64,000 nucleotides of DNA from Marsupella aquatica (GCA_973895155.1 OZ316897.1:4124211-4188210); one strand, 5' to 3'. Numbered from the stretch's first letter, positions 36,506-50,759 are shown. Translations and numbers: made by a program. The notes: generated by a model from the sequence alone, not told the origin.

Positions 36506-37148
36506 GGAATTTACTAGAATGCCACTCTCTTGTGGCCTAATTACCACCTTGCCACCCTCTTCCTTCTATTTGTCAGAATGCCACTCTTTTTATCATGGGT
36601 AAACAAAACTTACTCGAGTTAACCCCTGAGAATCCTACCCCTCAAATTCCCTTCATGACGTACCCGCATCGAAAGGCCGAGGGTTCCTCACGGTTATTTC
36701 AAGCTTCAACCCTCAGTTTGCTCCACACAGGGGTGGGTTGGCTGCCCGCACTCTTTGCATTTGGTTTCCCTCCCCAACTGCCCTTTTACTCACTCCTGCA
36801 CGAGCTCCCGCATGCCCAACTATAGTGCTTGACGCGTCGACTGTGTTGTTGCTTCAAGCTAGAGGCCCAACTGTGCATGCAGGCTCCCCAATTGTATTCC
36901 TAATTGCAGCCTGGCTCCACGGAGATCTACCCGCATGCACCATGCAGATTGCGGCCCAACTGCACCGGCTGACTCGTGGCCTGCAACCTTGACTGGGTTG
37001 CCACAGTTTGTGGGGTAAGAAATTTTATTTCAAGGGTTTGAGTAACTTTTCTTAACCCGTGATGGAAAAGAGTGATAGTCTGATAAAGAGAAGAAAAAGT
37101 GTGGCAAGGTAGAACTAGGCCACAAAAGAGTGACATTGTAATAAATCA
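36506..37148. mobile_element. MULE-type MITE (~640 bp) with ~130-bp imperfect TIRs
   Basis: aatgccactctcttgtggcctaattaccaccttgccac... (36518 onward) matches the reverse complement of 37010-37140 (aatgtcactcttttgtggcctagttctaccttgccac...). No clear TSD. Confidence 0.7.
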
Positions 37149-38559
37149 ATTAATTTATGGGAGAAAGGTGCAAAAACAGTCCCAGGTAGATATTACGCTT
37201 GACCTCCCGTGCAGATATGATAGTCAGGCCTTAGTTAAGCGCATAATTTCTTTTTGCTTCTAAATACTATTTTTTGGTGCTTTTCTTAGAGTTCATTGGT
37301 GCAAATGAGAAAAGTCATATGTGGCTTAATCTTAAGAACCCCACGTATATACCAGCAACCCACGATACGCCTATCACAAGAAAGCGGCACAAGCGTCTAC
37401 GCCTCCATTCTTGCCATAATTTGTACTCCGCTGAGATTGCAGCCTTCCATTAATTAAACCGCAAATTCTACTACAAAGGACTCCGAGTAACCCAGAGTGC
37501 TCATTAATATGTGCATCGAGTGACCCTTGATTGGGAAGCGCAGCTGCACCTCTCTTGAGCCATTCAATTTTTACTTATTTTTGCGCCCATCCTATCCCAT
37601 CCGATCCAATCTATGGCTCAAAAAATGAGACAAAAAGATTTAATATTTTGTGAGAAAATATTGAAAAACAAACGGTGAAATATGATTGGTCAAATTCAAA
37701 TTTTGAATTTTGGGGGGAAAAGGAGATCTGAGCCGTTTGACCTTATCATCTCCGTGAACATCCATCCACTTTAGTAGGCGATATATGGCTCAGATGAAAG
37801 ATCTCAATGAGATCTACGGATGGGTGTTTTCCGTTTTGAAAATGGTTGAATAATTCTCAAATGAAAAATAAAACAAATCCAAGCATTCCTGGCTGTTGAT
37901 TAGGTCTCTACTGAAATCTATACCATTGATTGTTTTTGGCTAATATAAATATTTGTTGTCCACATAAAAAGGCAATGTAGGGCACAAATGAAAGATCTTG
38001 AGGAGATCTATGGCCTGGTGTTTTTCGTTTTTCAAAAATGAGTGCATATTTTTTGGAATAAAAATAAATTAGTTGTACTGTTTTCTCCTCTTTCTCCTCC
38101 TCGATACTTTCTTTCACTAAAGTTTGATACTCCTTTATGGCCGTACTGTCCCACAACTCCTTAAATAGTAGGAGTTGTGGTTTAATGAACTACATCCGGC
38201 CCATTAGTTGCTTCTTCATTAGATTGCAATTTGATCATGAAAAGAAGGTTGGCCTATGCTTTGTTAGAAGCTCGTTGTTTATCTTTCTTAGCTTCAGCTA
38301 GGGCATCAAAGCGCTCGATCAATCTGCTTAGTAATTAAATCGAGGACTCCTCCGTTGAGCAAGAGGAAGAGAACTAAGAAGTGGAGAAGAATCTGAGCCT
38401 TTCAAAGAAAGAGAAATTCCTGGTGAAGCTCGGACTCCCAATGAAGAGGACCCACCGGCTAGACGAAGATGAAGCTCCCACTGAAGATGGAATTGTCGAT
38501 TAAGAAAGAAGCGGCCACTAGCTTAAAGAATTCAAAGGAGCATGAACTGTGTATCGGAA

Positions 38560-38720
38560 CTAGCAAGATTGTCTTCTTTGTCATAAGAAGGAGAATTCGT
38601 GGGATGTTTCGATACATGAAATGTGTATCGGAACTAATAGCAAGATTGTCTTCTTCGTCATATTAAGAAGGAGAATTAAGCAAGATTGTCTTCTTCGTCG
38701 ACATAAGAAGGAGAATTAGT
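38560..38720. repeat. Short tandem duplications of tagcaagattgtcttctt...aagaaggagaatt (3 copies)
   Basis: Copies near 38560, 38638 and 38678. Confidence 0.8.
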
Positions 38721-39290
38721 GGGATGTACGTAGAGAAATAGTTCCAAGCTTGTCTTCCAGCAAGACATGATGATCTTGTCATGCTTTGGCTCCACTCGTA
38801 AGGCCTTGCCGTAGTCACTATATATAGCCCCAAAAAACACTTTCCTTGTGCGAAGAACCAACTTTGAATGAGTATCATTAATTGATTGTAGTAAAAGCAG
38901 GATTCCCAAAGATTCTTTGACGAGAAGGAGGGGTTTGCTATTGAACCACAACTCATATGGAGTTTTAGAAATGGGAATTGCTTTGCTGGGAAGGCAATTC
39001 TAAAGATAATTCACCTCATCTCGGAAATCATGCCAGAATGATCCGGGATCTGCTTCGGAAAAAGTGGCGTAACCTTACTTAATTGGAATTGTCGATAGGT
39101 TTCAGTTGATCAGATTCTCAAGGTTACTCCGCATTAATGAGAGAACCCGACGACCATGCCTACGTACAAGGTCATTGTGATGCCTAGACAAGAATCACTC
39201 GGCCAGTTAAGTGGGTAAAGCAGGAAGGCACCCTAGGAACACCTTAGTATAGGGACAAAACAAGGAAAATATAAACCATTAGGGGCAACC

Positions 39291-42200
39291 ATGGAACCCG
39301 GGCCGAGGCTGGAGGTAAGGACGCTGAGGGTGAAAACTCGATTAGGGTTAGGGCGCGTTAAGCGTCGGCGGCTAGGAAGGATCAACGGGAAGAAGGACCG
39401 GCAGAGGAGAGGGGTAAGGAGCGCTTGCAGGAGATGGTGGCTCATTTGCGAGCACGAACTAGGCAGACGACTACGGGAGGCCAACTACTGTCAGCTGCTT
39501 AGGCAAGCACTCAAGGAGAGAGTAGATACCGACGATCGACCTAAGGAGGGTATGAGCAACGTCAATCAAGCGGCACATTTCTGGGGATGCCTGTTCGAAC
39601 GGGCAACTGAGTACATCAAGACTTACGAGGACGAGGAATCAGAAAGGGCAGCTCGAGAACGGCAGGAGCTCGCTTGATTGTGGGAGCTGCAGAAGACGGC
39701 TTTCTTAGGAGGTGAACTCATCAAGGACGAGTTCCTGTGGACGCCTACTTCCAATCAACTTGACGATCTTCTGTTTTGCAAAGACAGCGTCGTCGGCATC
39801 CGAGAGGCCATCAAGAACTGCAACGACATACACTGGGAATTAAAGGGTAGCACGGAAAGGTGGACCCAGGCAACGGTGCTAGGAGAAACCTCCACGGCAG
39901 CAGAGATGAAGAGGAAGGGAGCCGTCAACGATGAAGCCACCCCAGCAAAAAGAACGAGGTCGGCGGCACCAAAGAAGCCAGCCGAGCAGCAGAGCAGGAG
40001 GCAGGGAGAAGCCGAAGAGGAGGAGGTCGATCCCATCAAGGCCATTCCAACCAGGGATGACACCTGGAAGGGCTGGGCGGCAACCCTACCGGTGGAGGTG
40101 CAACTACATTTTGCATGGGAGGAGGATGCATGCTTTACGGCCATGCAGACCAAGAAGTACCAAGGCTTCATGGCCGGATCCGGCTTAGAGGCCTTTGTAA
40201 GATTACCATGGCTGAAGCCGAAGGTACCGGAGTCAGACCTATTAGAATTCGTGGGGTCATGGGAACCTGAGACCAATTGCACGAGGATATATGGGAAGGA
40301 TTTCTATCTTACTCCCAAGGTAATTGCCGAAGTGTTTGGCTTGCCGATAGGCAATAAGACCAAAGTTGATACCAGGAAGACCTTGCCTGACAAGGAGTTC
40401 CGGTCGTTCCTCGGGCCATCAACGAAGAATGGCTTCTTCCGGAACATCTGCACCAACCCGCACATAGGAGAGATGATCGACTTCTTGCGGGTGACCATGC
40501 ATTGTAACTTGCCGAGGGCAGAGATTGGCAAGGCACAGGTCTATCTGGCAGAAAGGCCAGACCCAAGCCGGGACTACAACGGGTACCTCCTCAACCAATT
40601 GAAGAAGATCTTAAAGGAGGAGTAGCAGGTAATTGGCATGGGGAGCGTGTCGCGGCTTGGCTATCACATGCCGCTATTGTGCCGGTATGCCAGAGGTCAG
40701 ACTTTTGCCCCAGTACTTCCCCTGCAGGTAAGGGCACCCGAGGAAGCTCCAACGCCGAGGCCGTTGGCTGAGAAGCCTCAACCACCTGTTAGCCCTACGA
40801 TCGAGCAGGTGTTTAGGCCCAGGAAGGAGGACTTGCCGATGCAGCAACCAGGCATGCAGAGTCTGCTGAAACTACTGGAGAAAGAAAAGAAATCGGCATC
40901 GGCAACAACAACGGCAACGACAACAATGCAGGACACTACTACAGAGGTAGGCCTACACCGGCTCACAAGAGAAAACCCCTTTGCTGGAGACAAGGAGAGA
41001 ATCAGGCCGGAATCCAAGCCAGGTGTTCGAATGTATGTGGGAATCTCAAGCTCCGAATCTGAGGCAGAATTGCCTGAAGCTCCTACCGACGAAGAGGAGA
41101 GGGAGAAGCCGGACGTCCAAGAAGTAGAGGAGGCAGTGGAGGACTGCAGCCATGATAATTCCGGCTATGGGTCGGACCATCACGTTCCAGGAGTAAGGAC
41201 CTGTGGCCGGTTTGTCCCCACACTTCCAAGGGTAGTGCGAGGGGACCCCAACCAGCAGAGTAGCCCTGAGTCTCCCCCACCAAATGTTGCTCCCCCGAGC
41301 TTCGACGGCATAAAACAGACGGTGCAGGAATTTCAGGAGCGAATCAGGCAGGAAGAGGAGGCAGCCCTGGCTAGGGAAAAGGATTTACCAGGAGGAGATT
41401 GGCCGGAGGACATCAGGCAGCTAGCCAAAAAAGGAAGCAAACCTCTAGCCACAATTGAAGAGATCCGCAAGACGGCTTGGGAGTAGAGGTCGCGATGGGC
41501 GATGCCGATCACTTCTACTTACTCCACCTACGCTAAGAATAGAGCCATGGAGTATGGTGAGATGTGTGGGGAACTTGCGCTCGGCATCTTTGGAGAGGAG
41601 TTGGAGGTAGGACCCTTTTTCCATAGGGAGTAGTTGGAGAAGCACCAATTAGAAGAAGCGGTGGCTTTAGAGAGAAGCAAGAAGGACGAGGTCATTCGGC
41701 AGCTTAGGAGGATGGAAGCCGAGATTGAAGATCTAAGGGCGGCCAAGAAAGCCCAAGATGAACTGCGGATTAAACGGCATGAGCTGAACATCATGCAGGG
41801 GCAGTTGGACACCGCGCAGGCTGATATTCAGAATATCAAGGATAAACTAACTCAGACGCAGGGAGAGTTGGCCGACACGATCAAAGAGAGGGAGAAGTGG
41901 AAGCAAGAGCTGAAGAATACAGAGGAGGCCCACATAACAGCCAACAGCCGGGCCATGGCGGAGACCCAAAGAAAGGAATGGGCGTTGAAGGGGGAGCTCG
42001 AGAAAATCCGCGGAGCCCTTGAGCAGAAGGAGGCCGAGTTAGGGAAATCCTATCAAGGGATTATGGCGCTGCAGCAGGAGCTTGCGTCCCTGACGGCCAG
42101 CTTCAAGGCCGATCTAAGGGAGAAGGACGAGATGCTCGAACAGACTTACGCCAAGATGAACCAGATGGAGTCTGTCATCATTGCAGAGCTCGACAAGGAG

Positions 42201-42926
42201 CTAAGAGCAACCCGGGAGGAGAGGACTACCTTGAAACAAGAACGGGAGGAAGCCAAGAAGGAACTAGAGGAGGCACGCAAGGACCTGGATGAGACCCAGG
42301 AGGAGTTGGAGGAAATCACGAGGAAGATGGAGAACCTCCAGCGGCGGGCCGACAACCAAACGGAGCGGCTGAAGAAACAAGCCGCAGTATTTAAGTGCTT
42401 GTCTTCATCAGGCCCAACTCCAATTGGGGCAACCAAGTTACCAGGAGTGGTACTGGCCGAAGAAAAAGCCGCGCCACCTGCACCAGTGCCGGAAGTAAGT
42501 GGGAAGGGGAAGGGACCAGCTGCCGAACCAGAAAAGAAGAAAAAGCGGAAACCTTCAGGGTCAAGGAGTAATCCGACTCCACAAGCCGTGGTGACCAAGG
42601 AGGTAGAACCAGCACCATCCTCCGGCATGAATACGGCAATAGATCCCGCTATCATCATAGGTGGGGGTGGTGCGGCCCAAGCCGAACTACTCAGTAATGA
42701 GGCCGGTATTCCAGATCCGCCTCTTGAGCAGGCCAGGGAGACCGTAGCCGAGGCTGAGGCCGTAACCGATTCCCGAGCCGATGCCGACGCCGATGGTGGA
42801 CCCAGTCAGGCCGATGGAGAGTTGACTCAGTCAAGGGCAGGTAATCTGTCAGAGAATGAACCTACAGCAGTGGCTGAGGAGGAAGCGTTGGGGGCGTCCA
42901 TTAAGGATCCACCACCGGTGTCGTGA
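39291..42926 (+). pseudogene. Single ~1200-codon accessory ORF (plant mobile/Transposase_32-like domain plus long coiled coil), probably from an LTR-retrotransposon family; four in-frame stops
   Basis: ORFs at 39291, 39678, 40638 and 41634 all share one frame. Stops at 39675 (TGA), 40623, 41484 and 41631 (TAG). GSGLEAFVRLPW...LLEFVGSW...IYGKDFYLTPKVIAEVFGLP. Paralogue at 2350-4130. Confidence 0.7.
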
Positions 42927-44548
42927 CGGTGCAAGGGCGCCGTTCCTTTTAGGGAGGGCGGACGTGGAGGGAGGAGGCGTGAGTGGGCAGGGCGGGCGCT
43001 GATCTCCAAGTTTAGGATTAGGATCAGGACCAGGAGCGGCCCTGACACTTAGCTTAGTGGGATTGCGGTCCCACTGGTAGGAGCAACACTTGTGCTCCTG
43101 CCTTGCTGTACATAGGTAGATTCGGGCAAGTAGATTACTGTTAAGTAGATTAGGCTTACGATGCAAAGAAAGGCGGATCCATTACCAGGATAAGTACCTG
43201 GGCAGCGGGGAGCTCAGGGCCTCTTCTTTAGCAAGTTTTTAGTTTGCACCAGCCGGGCTGGGATCAAGTAGTACGAGAAGCTCTCGGTTAGTCATACAGT
43301 GACCTTGTGTATATTCATGTTTCCTCATGCCTAAGAGCTAAATAGAGTTGGCCTCACGGCTTAGTTCGCAGAGCTTGTGTATGAGATGTACTGTTTGTAT
43401 GGCAAGTGCATGGTATGACTCAGTCAGAATGAGTCATTTTGCTATTTTTGTGTCGCATTAACTTGTGTGAAGAGTGCCCACATCAACCAGAAGGAAGGAA
43501 AGTAAGCAGGGGAGTGAGAGTTGGATGTGTCGAGCTGAGAGAGGTCTTAGCGGCTTAACCAAGCCTATTGGGGATCATTCCGGCGGCGGAATCCAAACAT
43601 ACCTAACAAGACGGAGGGGAAGACAGGGGAAGGCCTAGATTAGGCCGGCTACGTATCTCATGACCCGATGAAGGATCTGTCCAGTATATGTGTGTAAAAT
43701 GTTAATAGTAGTAGTAGAAGGTTAGCAGCGTCCCATGCCGCTAAGCCGCGGAAACGGCCTCGCCAAGCGCGAAACCTGTGGGAATCGGCTTGAGCTAGGG
43801 GGTTTCTTGGGTTTAGGGAGCCATGGGACGCACCACAGTCATAGACTGATGTCAAATAACAAAACTAGATGCTAGTGAGAAGGAAAGTCTAGGATATCAT
43901 TCCAAGTTCAAGGATTCCATGTCGTCCGAGTCGATCATCAGCCCGACATATATCTAGTAAGATCGATCTCATTAAATTCACGTTGTGCAGAAGCTGACCC
44001 TCGAGTGCTAAATCCATTTTTGACTAAGAGCCAACTCGATGGAGTTGGTCCTACCCTTTGCGGCACTAAAACTGACAATCCGCAGCATGCTAGTGAAAGA
44101 GAGAAAGATGCCGTCACCTCCTGCCCTGCCAGTCCTAACGGCATAAACTCAGGAAATGTGAAGGCAAGGACCGGAACCTTTCCGGACCTTGCAGGTCCCG
44201 AACTTCACTTGGGTAATAAAACAAAATTCACACTTGACACGTGTAATTGTGTGCAACGGGCTTCAATGGATTTAGTGTAGATTATTGTAGTCCCAGTTCC
44301 CACCGCCTCTTTTCTCCTGGTATCCTTGCAAACTACCTCGGCCCTATATATGAACTATGGACAATGGCCTGCATATGGCCTTTGTGTTTAAACACTAGTG
44401 AGAGAAATCAACGTCTGAAGTAGTCACGAAATGTCTGAAGTAGTCACAAAGAGCATTCAAAATTCAGCATCGAGCATTTAGCTTGGAGCAGTAAACAACA
44501 ATCCACAATCGATACCTGGCTCAATCTCGTATACTGCTGTATTTTGGA

Positions 44549-44830
44549 TGATTTGTGTTGGGGGCTCCGTTTAGCAGTAGTAGTTTCAATTAAATTAAAT
44601 TCAACCTGATTTGTGTTGGGGGCTCCGTTTAGCAGTCATAGTTTCAATTCAATTCAACCTGCTTGCTGCTTGCTCGAATTTGTTCTCAGCCTCTCCATTC
44701 CTTACTGAAATTTCAGCTTCACTCAACAACAAAAGGTGGAGCGAATGGGCTTGCTGCTGATCAAAGTGGAGCAAAACTGCTTGCTGCTGATTGAAGGTGG
44801 TGGCAGCAAAGCTGCTTGCTGCTGATTGAT
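44549..44830. repeat. Short tandem duplications (~55 bp x2; ~30 bp x3 with gcttgctgctgat)
   Basis: gatttgtgttgggggctccgtttagcagt at ~44550 and ~44608; three gcttgctgctgat units in 44735-44830. Confidence 0.8.
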
Positions 44831-45989
44831 TTCATTCTCGGTCTCTCCTTACTGAAATACTGCTTCACTCAGCAGTGAAAGTTCTGGTGAGCTCTCTTTA
44901 TTTTGTTCTTGATCTCTGAGATGCTCTCTCGGTTGAGCTGTCGCTGCTAAGTTTCTATTCAGCTCTTCCCACTGCCTTCTATTGAGACCTTCTATTGAGA
45001 TGTCTCCGTTGTCCCCTACCCCAGCCCCAAGAAGCTTTCGTAGAATAGGTGAGACGTCAAAATACTACCACACTGCCAACTAGATAGTGATTTGAAGCAA
45101 GCATATGAATGATTTGAAGCAAGCATACTTCTGAAATGTGATTATTTGAGGTTTGAAGTTTCTTTCAAAGCAGGACTACGCCATGGAAAACAAACATGAA
45201 TTGAAGGATGTTGCAAAAACGTTTCTGGGCCAGCTAAAGGACTTTAAAGAGTCTTTCACAGAGCTCGAGTATATGTTTTGTGAACAGTTGTGGCCAGCGT
45301 TGGTAGCCGAGATGTGTAATTCTAGTGCCTTACGTAGAGAGACGGAACAACTAAATCAAGAGAAAGTAAGCTTGAAAGCAAAAATTCAGAAGCTTCATGA
45401 AGTCAATAGCACGTTGGAAAACATGCAATATGAGGCTCTTCAGATTTTGCAAAGAAGAGGTCACTCACAGAAAGCAATGTTTTTGGACAATTTAGGCAAG
45501 GAAAAAAATTGTGATAGCTACACGTGAACCTTTGGTTCCAATTTCTCCTAATCTTTCTAAGATTGTTGCACATAGCATAGATGTGGGGCAGAAAAATATG
45601 GTCAAGGGGAAAATGGCTATTGATGTAGTACAAGCCGTGAGCTCTACTACACCTTGTGTCACTAATAGTATAGGTCCATCACTGCATGGCCAGGATGCTG
45701 TCCTTGTGAGACCTAGAAAGAAAAGATGTGTAGATAGTGATTCTCTTGGCTTAGAGCCTTGACCATTGTTTTTTTTGTTTTAGTTAGACGTACTTTCCAG
45801 CGGCTCAAAATTATTAAATTTTGATTCAATTGTATACTTGAATAAAGTTGGGATGTACTTAAGTATGCATTGAAATGAAATGTGAATCTTATGTCTACTT
45901 GGAATTTAATGAGTTCACTTGCGCAAAGAGTTGTTTATGAATTTTTGCTTCTGAAATTGTGTCTCTTGCATACTACTATGTAATGTCAG

Positions 45990-47131
45990 ATGACGAGCCA
46001 GAAGCAGAGCTATGGTCTACCTTCACGAGAACGTATTCGATTAGTTGACTTGGACCTCAACATTGGTACAGGTCCTAACAGTGCACCACAACCTCCAGTC
46101 AAGAATAAGTTGCCTGATTGGACAAATGAGGAGATGAAGTGCTTGATTGCAGCCAAGCGATCTGAACACCTCAATGTTATCATGGAGGGTTCTACGCAAC
46201 AAAAGATGACTAGCACCAAGTTGAAATGGAAGGCCGTGGCAAAATTTATGGAGGATGAGGGGTTCACCCGACCTATTCGAGATCCATCCTCTTGCAAGAA
46301 GAAGTGGCAGCTCATTGACAGCAAGTTCAAAAAGATTTACGATTATGAGAAAAAGGAGAAGACTGGGCAGATTTCTTACTTTGACATGGATGAGAAGGAG
46401 CGACGCCTACAACAATTCCCGAATCATTTCTCAGTTGATCTATATGCAGATCTGTTGGGATGGTATAAAGATGTTCCACGCATCACGCCACCTACGGAGT
46501 TTTTATCTGATTACTCTAGGATGAACCACAATACAAACCAGGACCCATTCAACTTGTCATCTGGAAGTGAGTAATCTATTTTTTCCTACCTGATGAATTT
46601 TTTTCTTTCATTTACATTGTGCAATTTAATTTTTGTTATGGTGGATTGGTACTGTAAATTTTTGGGGTGACATTTCTCTCCTTCCTCTTTGCTCTACTAA
46701 ATGCAAGGAATCATGTCTATACTATTCTATAGGTGATGATGATGTTGGGGTTGAGGAAGACAGGTCGGCACCGTCAAGCCAGACACATTTTACAGGACCA
46801 ACACATGAGAGGGCGCAACCAAATACAGAGAGTACAGGTGGAGTGCAACAACCATCATCCCCTCAGGACTTCTTTGGCCCCCGGCAATAGAGGTGTAAAG
46901 CGAAAGGCAGCCAAGATTGGGAACGACAAACAAGCACATTTGAAATCCATGGCCAATAGTTGTGCAAAGATGGTTTCCATGGCCAAGCTTGATTGTGAAA
47001 GTCGTGAGCAGCAATCTGCTATTTTGGCAACAACAATCACCACAGCATCAACCACAACAATTGAGCAGATGGGACGTTTGAATGACATTCTTCTAGAGAA
47101 GCTAGCAAATCCTTCACGACCATCCCAATAG
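45990..47131 (+). pseudogene. Harbinger Myb/SANT (trihelix-like) DNA-binding protein; intron 46567-46732; lesion near 46885
   Basis: PDWTNEEMKCLI...KWKAVAKFM...RDPSSCKKKWQLIDSKFKKIYDY. The GT-AG intron keeps the frame. Confidence 0.85.
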
Positions 47132-47309
47132 AGTAGTTGCACATACTTGGTTTAGAGAAGCAACTACATCCATTTTAGTCAAGTGTACTTCTTGAAATGA
47201 CAACATATAATTGCACATGAATAAAATATGGTGCCATTTTCATGCATAGTTTGGTTTTATTAAATTTCATCACTGTCTATTACATCTATTGGCAACTCGG
47301 CAGCACACT

Positions 47310-48619
47310 CTAAGCTTCATGCCCCCATTCTTCCTCAGGTAGCAAATGATTCATCATTGCAATACGATATCTATGCCCATTATTTGAAGTTTGAGGTGTA
47401 GCAAGGGGACCTCCAGGTTCATATGGAGGGTCTGCATCTATACCCCATGCTGGATCATATACATCTCCATGGTCAATACGAATGTTATGCAAAAGGCATG
47501 CACATGTAATATAATGTGGCAATCGATATGGATGCGGCCGAAACATTTTGCGAGAAACAAATCTCCAACTGTTTTTCACTTGACCAAAAGCACGCTCCAC
47601 ACATATCCTAGTTGAGCTAAGCCTGTAGTTGAACTCTCTCTTTCGACTATGCTCTCTAGTTGCTGGAAAAGGGTTTAGCAACCAAGGATAAGCAGGGTAG
47701 TCAGCATCACCAATAATATACTCCCCTATAGTGAATCCTGTCGGAGCTGTAAATGTGGGACCAGAGAGTTTTGTGCGGTGTGTCAAAACATCATCATAAA
47801 AACCTGAGACTCTCAAAAGTCGTGAATCTTGAATGCACCAGGCCATCCTGCAAAGACATCCAAAAATCAAAGTCGACTATCACAAATGGCTTGCATCAAA
47901 ATGCTTTGGCCATGTTTGTAGTCACGATAATCAGTTGTGTTTGTTCCAAGAGGTAACTCCACTTGAAAATGAGTAGCATCAATTGCACCACAATAATTTG
48001 GAAATCCTTGCAATTGGCAAAATTCCTCTTTCACCCTTGCCATGGCCTCTCCTTGCGGCCAACTCAAATGTCTTTCTCTACCGCGTCTTGTTAATACCTT
48101 AACAAATTGCCAAATCACATCAGAAATGCATGGAACTGAAACCCCAAACATCTCCAAAAGTGTCAACAACAAACACCCAATAGCAAATCTACGCAGCACT
48201 ATGGCAACTTGTCGCTCAACGGACAATGCCCTGTTGGTCAAATTGCGAAGGCCAGGTGGGGGATGTGTAGTCAAATCTTCTCGAACCAAGTCGCAAATGT
48301 ACATGAATGTTGCGGGTGACACGCGGAACAAATGCTTGAAGCGGACAGGATCATCTTCGATAACATGCATAAGGTACCAGCCACTCCATTCTCTAGATCT
48401 GGGCTCGATATAATTGTTAGATAGAAGACGATGGTCTCTGGAAAATGCATGTTGAATGGTTTGGAAGAGTATAAACAAGTTTGCAAGGAGTCTCCCATTA
48501 CCTGATTCCAAAAAATAGTTACCAACAAGAGCTGCAAATTGCATTTGCTACTCTACCACTTGTTGGAATGCAAGAATTGTTGACAAAATGATTTCAAGTT
48601 CCTCATTTGAAAGAACCAT
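47310..48619 (-). pseudogene. PIF/Harbinger (HARBI1-like) DDE transposase; stops at 48548 and 47867, frameshift near 47835
   Basis: FKHLFRVSPATF, GAIDATH, QAICD, GWPG, IIGDADYP, WLLNPF, FNYRLSSTRICVERAFG. Confidence 0.93.
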
Positions 48620-49682
48620 ATTTTCCAAGTTTTGCAATCCCAAGACCTGCACAATATATGGAAGAAAGAAAACAAACATAGTTATATCAAGTGAAACCAT
48701 CATATCAAGTAAAGAAAACCTGTACAAACTAAATGAAAGCAATCTAGAATTGTCATCCCAAAGAAAAATAGAGTGCTGGTGATCTTAGTGAAAAAACAAT
48801 TGGTTTTTCCAAGTATATGGACATGTCCTATACTTTGAACTTATTCAGTACAAGTAAAATACTCAAGGCACTTCGTGTGAACATCTATTTTTCACGCTAC
48901 ACTGACCTTGAGCACAACGAGAGTCCTTTGGCAGCCAGTACAAGACTTGATATGGCGGCAGTCAAGCAAGCAGCAGCTGCTTCCTCTTCTATGCAATGCA
49001 ATGCAATGCAATGCAGGTCCCCACCGATTACCCAATCCGATAATCTCTACTTCCCGAGAGCAACAATCAACATTGCTCAATATCGAGGCCAATTCAGAGA
49101 AAAATCGAAGACCAAACAGAGGACATGGAATCGTTCATCGGATGTCTGTGTAGAATAGAATGTCTGTGTTTAGGCTAGGATCGACACTTTCTATCCTCCA
49201 GTCCAGGAGCTGGCCATGTCCTCTTCACAATCTTCGTCCTCGTGAGATTTCTCGTGGCTATGTACTCTCCACAATCTCATTCAACGTCCCCCTGATGGGA
49301 TTTCTCCGCACAACACTCGGCACAACCAATAAGCCTTCCTTGCTGAAAACGGTGTTGCACAAGGCCACAATTATTTTCCTCGGGTGAAGTCTGCGGCATC
49401 GGCCATCGCTCCCAAGCATCATCCTCTATTAGGCGTCGGTGGAATACATCACGACAAGCTGTGGAGGAATCTTCCGGTATGTCCAGGGACTGTCCAAGTC
49501 TTTCATTGAATGAAAATCGAAAGAGAAAAAGATGTCGTCAAGCAGCTCGAAAGTCTGGGAGCGCACAACCAAGATCAACCGAATGGGGGGGTGCGCAGTC
49601 AAAATCAGACATGATCGAATTTGGAAGCAGAAAATTATTTGAGAAGTTTGCAGGGTTCAGTCGTCATTGTGTTTTTTCTTTT

Positions 49683-49758
49683 GGCTTTCCTTTGTATTTG
49701 CTTTGATTCGGCTTTCCTTTGTATTTGCTTTCGGCTTTCCTTTGTATTTGCTTTCGGC
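49683..49758. repeat. Tandem repeat ggctttcctttgtatttgcttt x3
   Basis: Directly visible. Confidence 0.85.
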
Positions 49759-50759
49759 ACTTTTGTAGGGTTCAATCATTGCACATATCGATTTACAGGT
49801 TCACTCGGTTTGCAGAGCCTCATCCCGTCAATCTTCCCTGTATACTGTGTGCACATAATGACACAGCAGGGACACGGGGTCGAAAGGCTGGACTGCATGT
49901 TGGAGTGGGTAGGATCAATTGCATCAACAAGATCGTGCTTTATGCGCTAACGTTAGGCAAGTGTGAAGGCCGCATTCTAAAGGACCGACTACATGCGAGT
50001 TGGCCCTAAGATCCACCATAAAAAATCTTGAGTTGAACGGGGAGTCAAACTATGTACTCGTAATTGCATTTTTAGTTACAATCATGAAAGTAAGCATGAC
50101 GCACTGCATGTGATTAAAAACTCCATCAAAACATTTTTATCTAGCCATAACCCACTCTATTGTTGACACGCTTAACATTGAAGTCATTCATATGAAACTT
50201 TCCATTAACCTGTGCACAAACTTGAAACACAGTATTCCCATTTAGACTGAGGAGGACTGAGGGGACTTGAGAAGGGTGGATGTTCTTGGCTGGGTCATCA
50301 CTTTGGATCACTGTTTGACTTGGTAATCTGGAAGGAGATGACGGTCGTGATTCCCTACTGTTTGCGATTAGCATTATTGGATTTGGTTGAGGAAATGTTG
50401 AGCACATGACAATGGTAGGATTAGGGCTATCGGGAGTAAGGGTCAGGACGGCAAAACCGTTGTCTTCTTAAAAGGTGAGCAGTTAATCCTCAAACGGGGA
50501 CGGGGAGGCAAGTAAGAAAGGTTTGGACGTAGGGATCGATTGCGAAAACCTATGGGCAAGCAGGAGCACGAGCGGAAGTGGTGAAAGTGGAGACTCGGCC
50601 AAACAAGAATTCAACAAAGTAACTAGAGAAGGGTTTGCAACGGAGCAAGGTGGAAGATCTGTGGGGAGATACAGGCATTCGAGATTACTTCAAGTGGGAG
50701 GTGAGAAGGGACATCTCCCTGTTTTACTTTCTGATCTAACTGTCTGACATAGCCAAGTA

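Larger units (their letters stand above)
45990..48619. mobile_element. PIF/Harbinger DNA transposon core (convergent Myb/SANT and DDE transposase genes); termini not determined
   Basis: Canonical two-gene Harbinger organisation, tail to tail. Confidence 0.88.

Noticed and set aside
37560-38070. Diverged ~200-bp direct repeat with gagatct motifs as a defined element
   Set aside because: No termini or TSD could be established.
49985-50010. Harbinger right TIR (...gagttggccc|taa)
   Set aside because: It fits the GGGCC/TAA pattern, but I found no matching left TIR.
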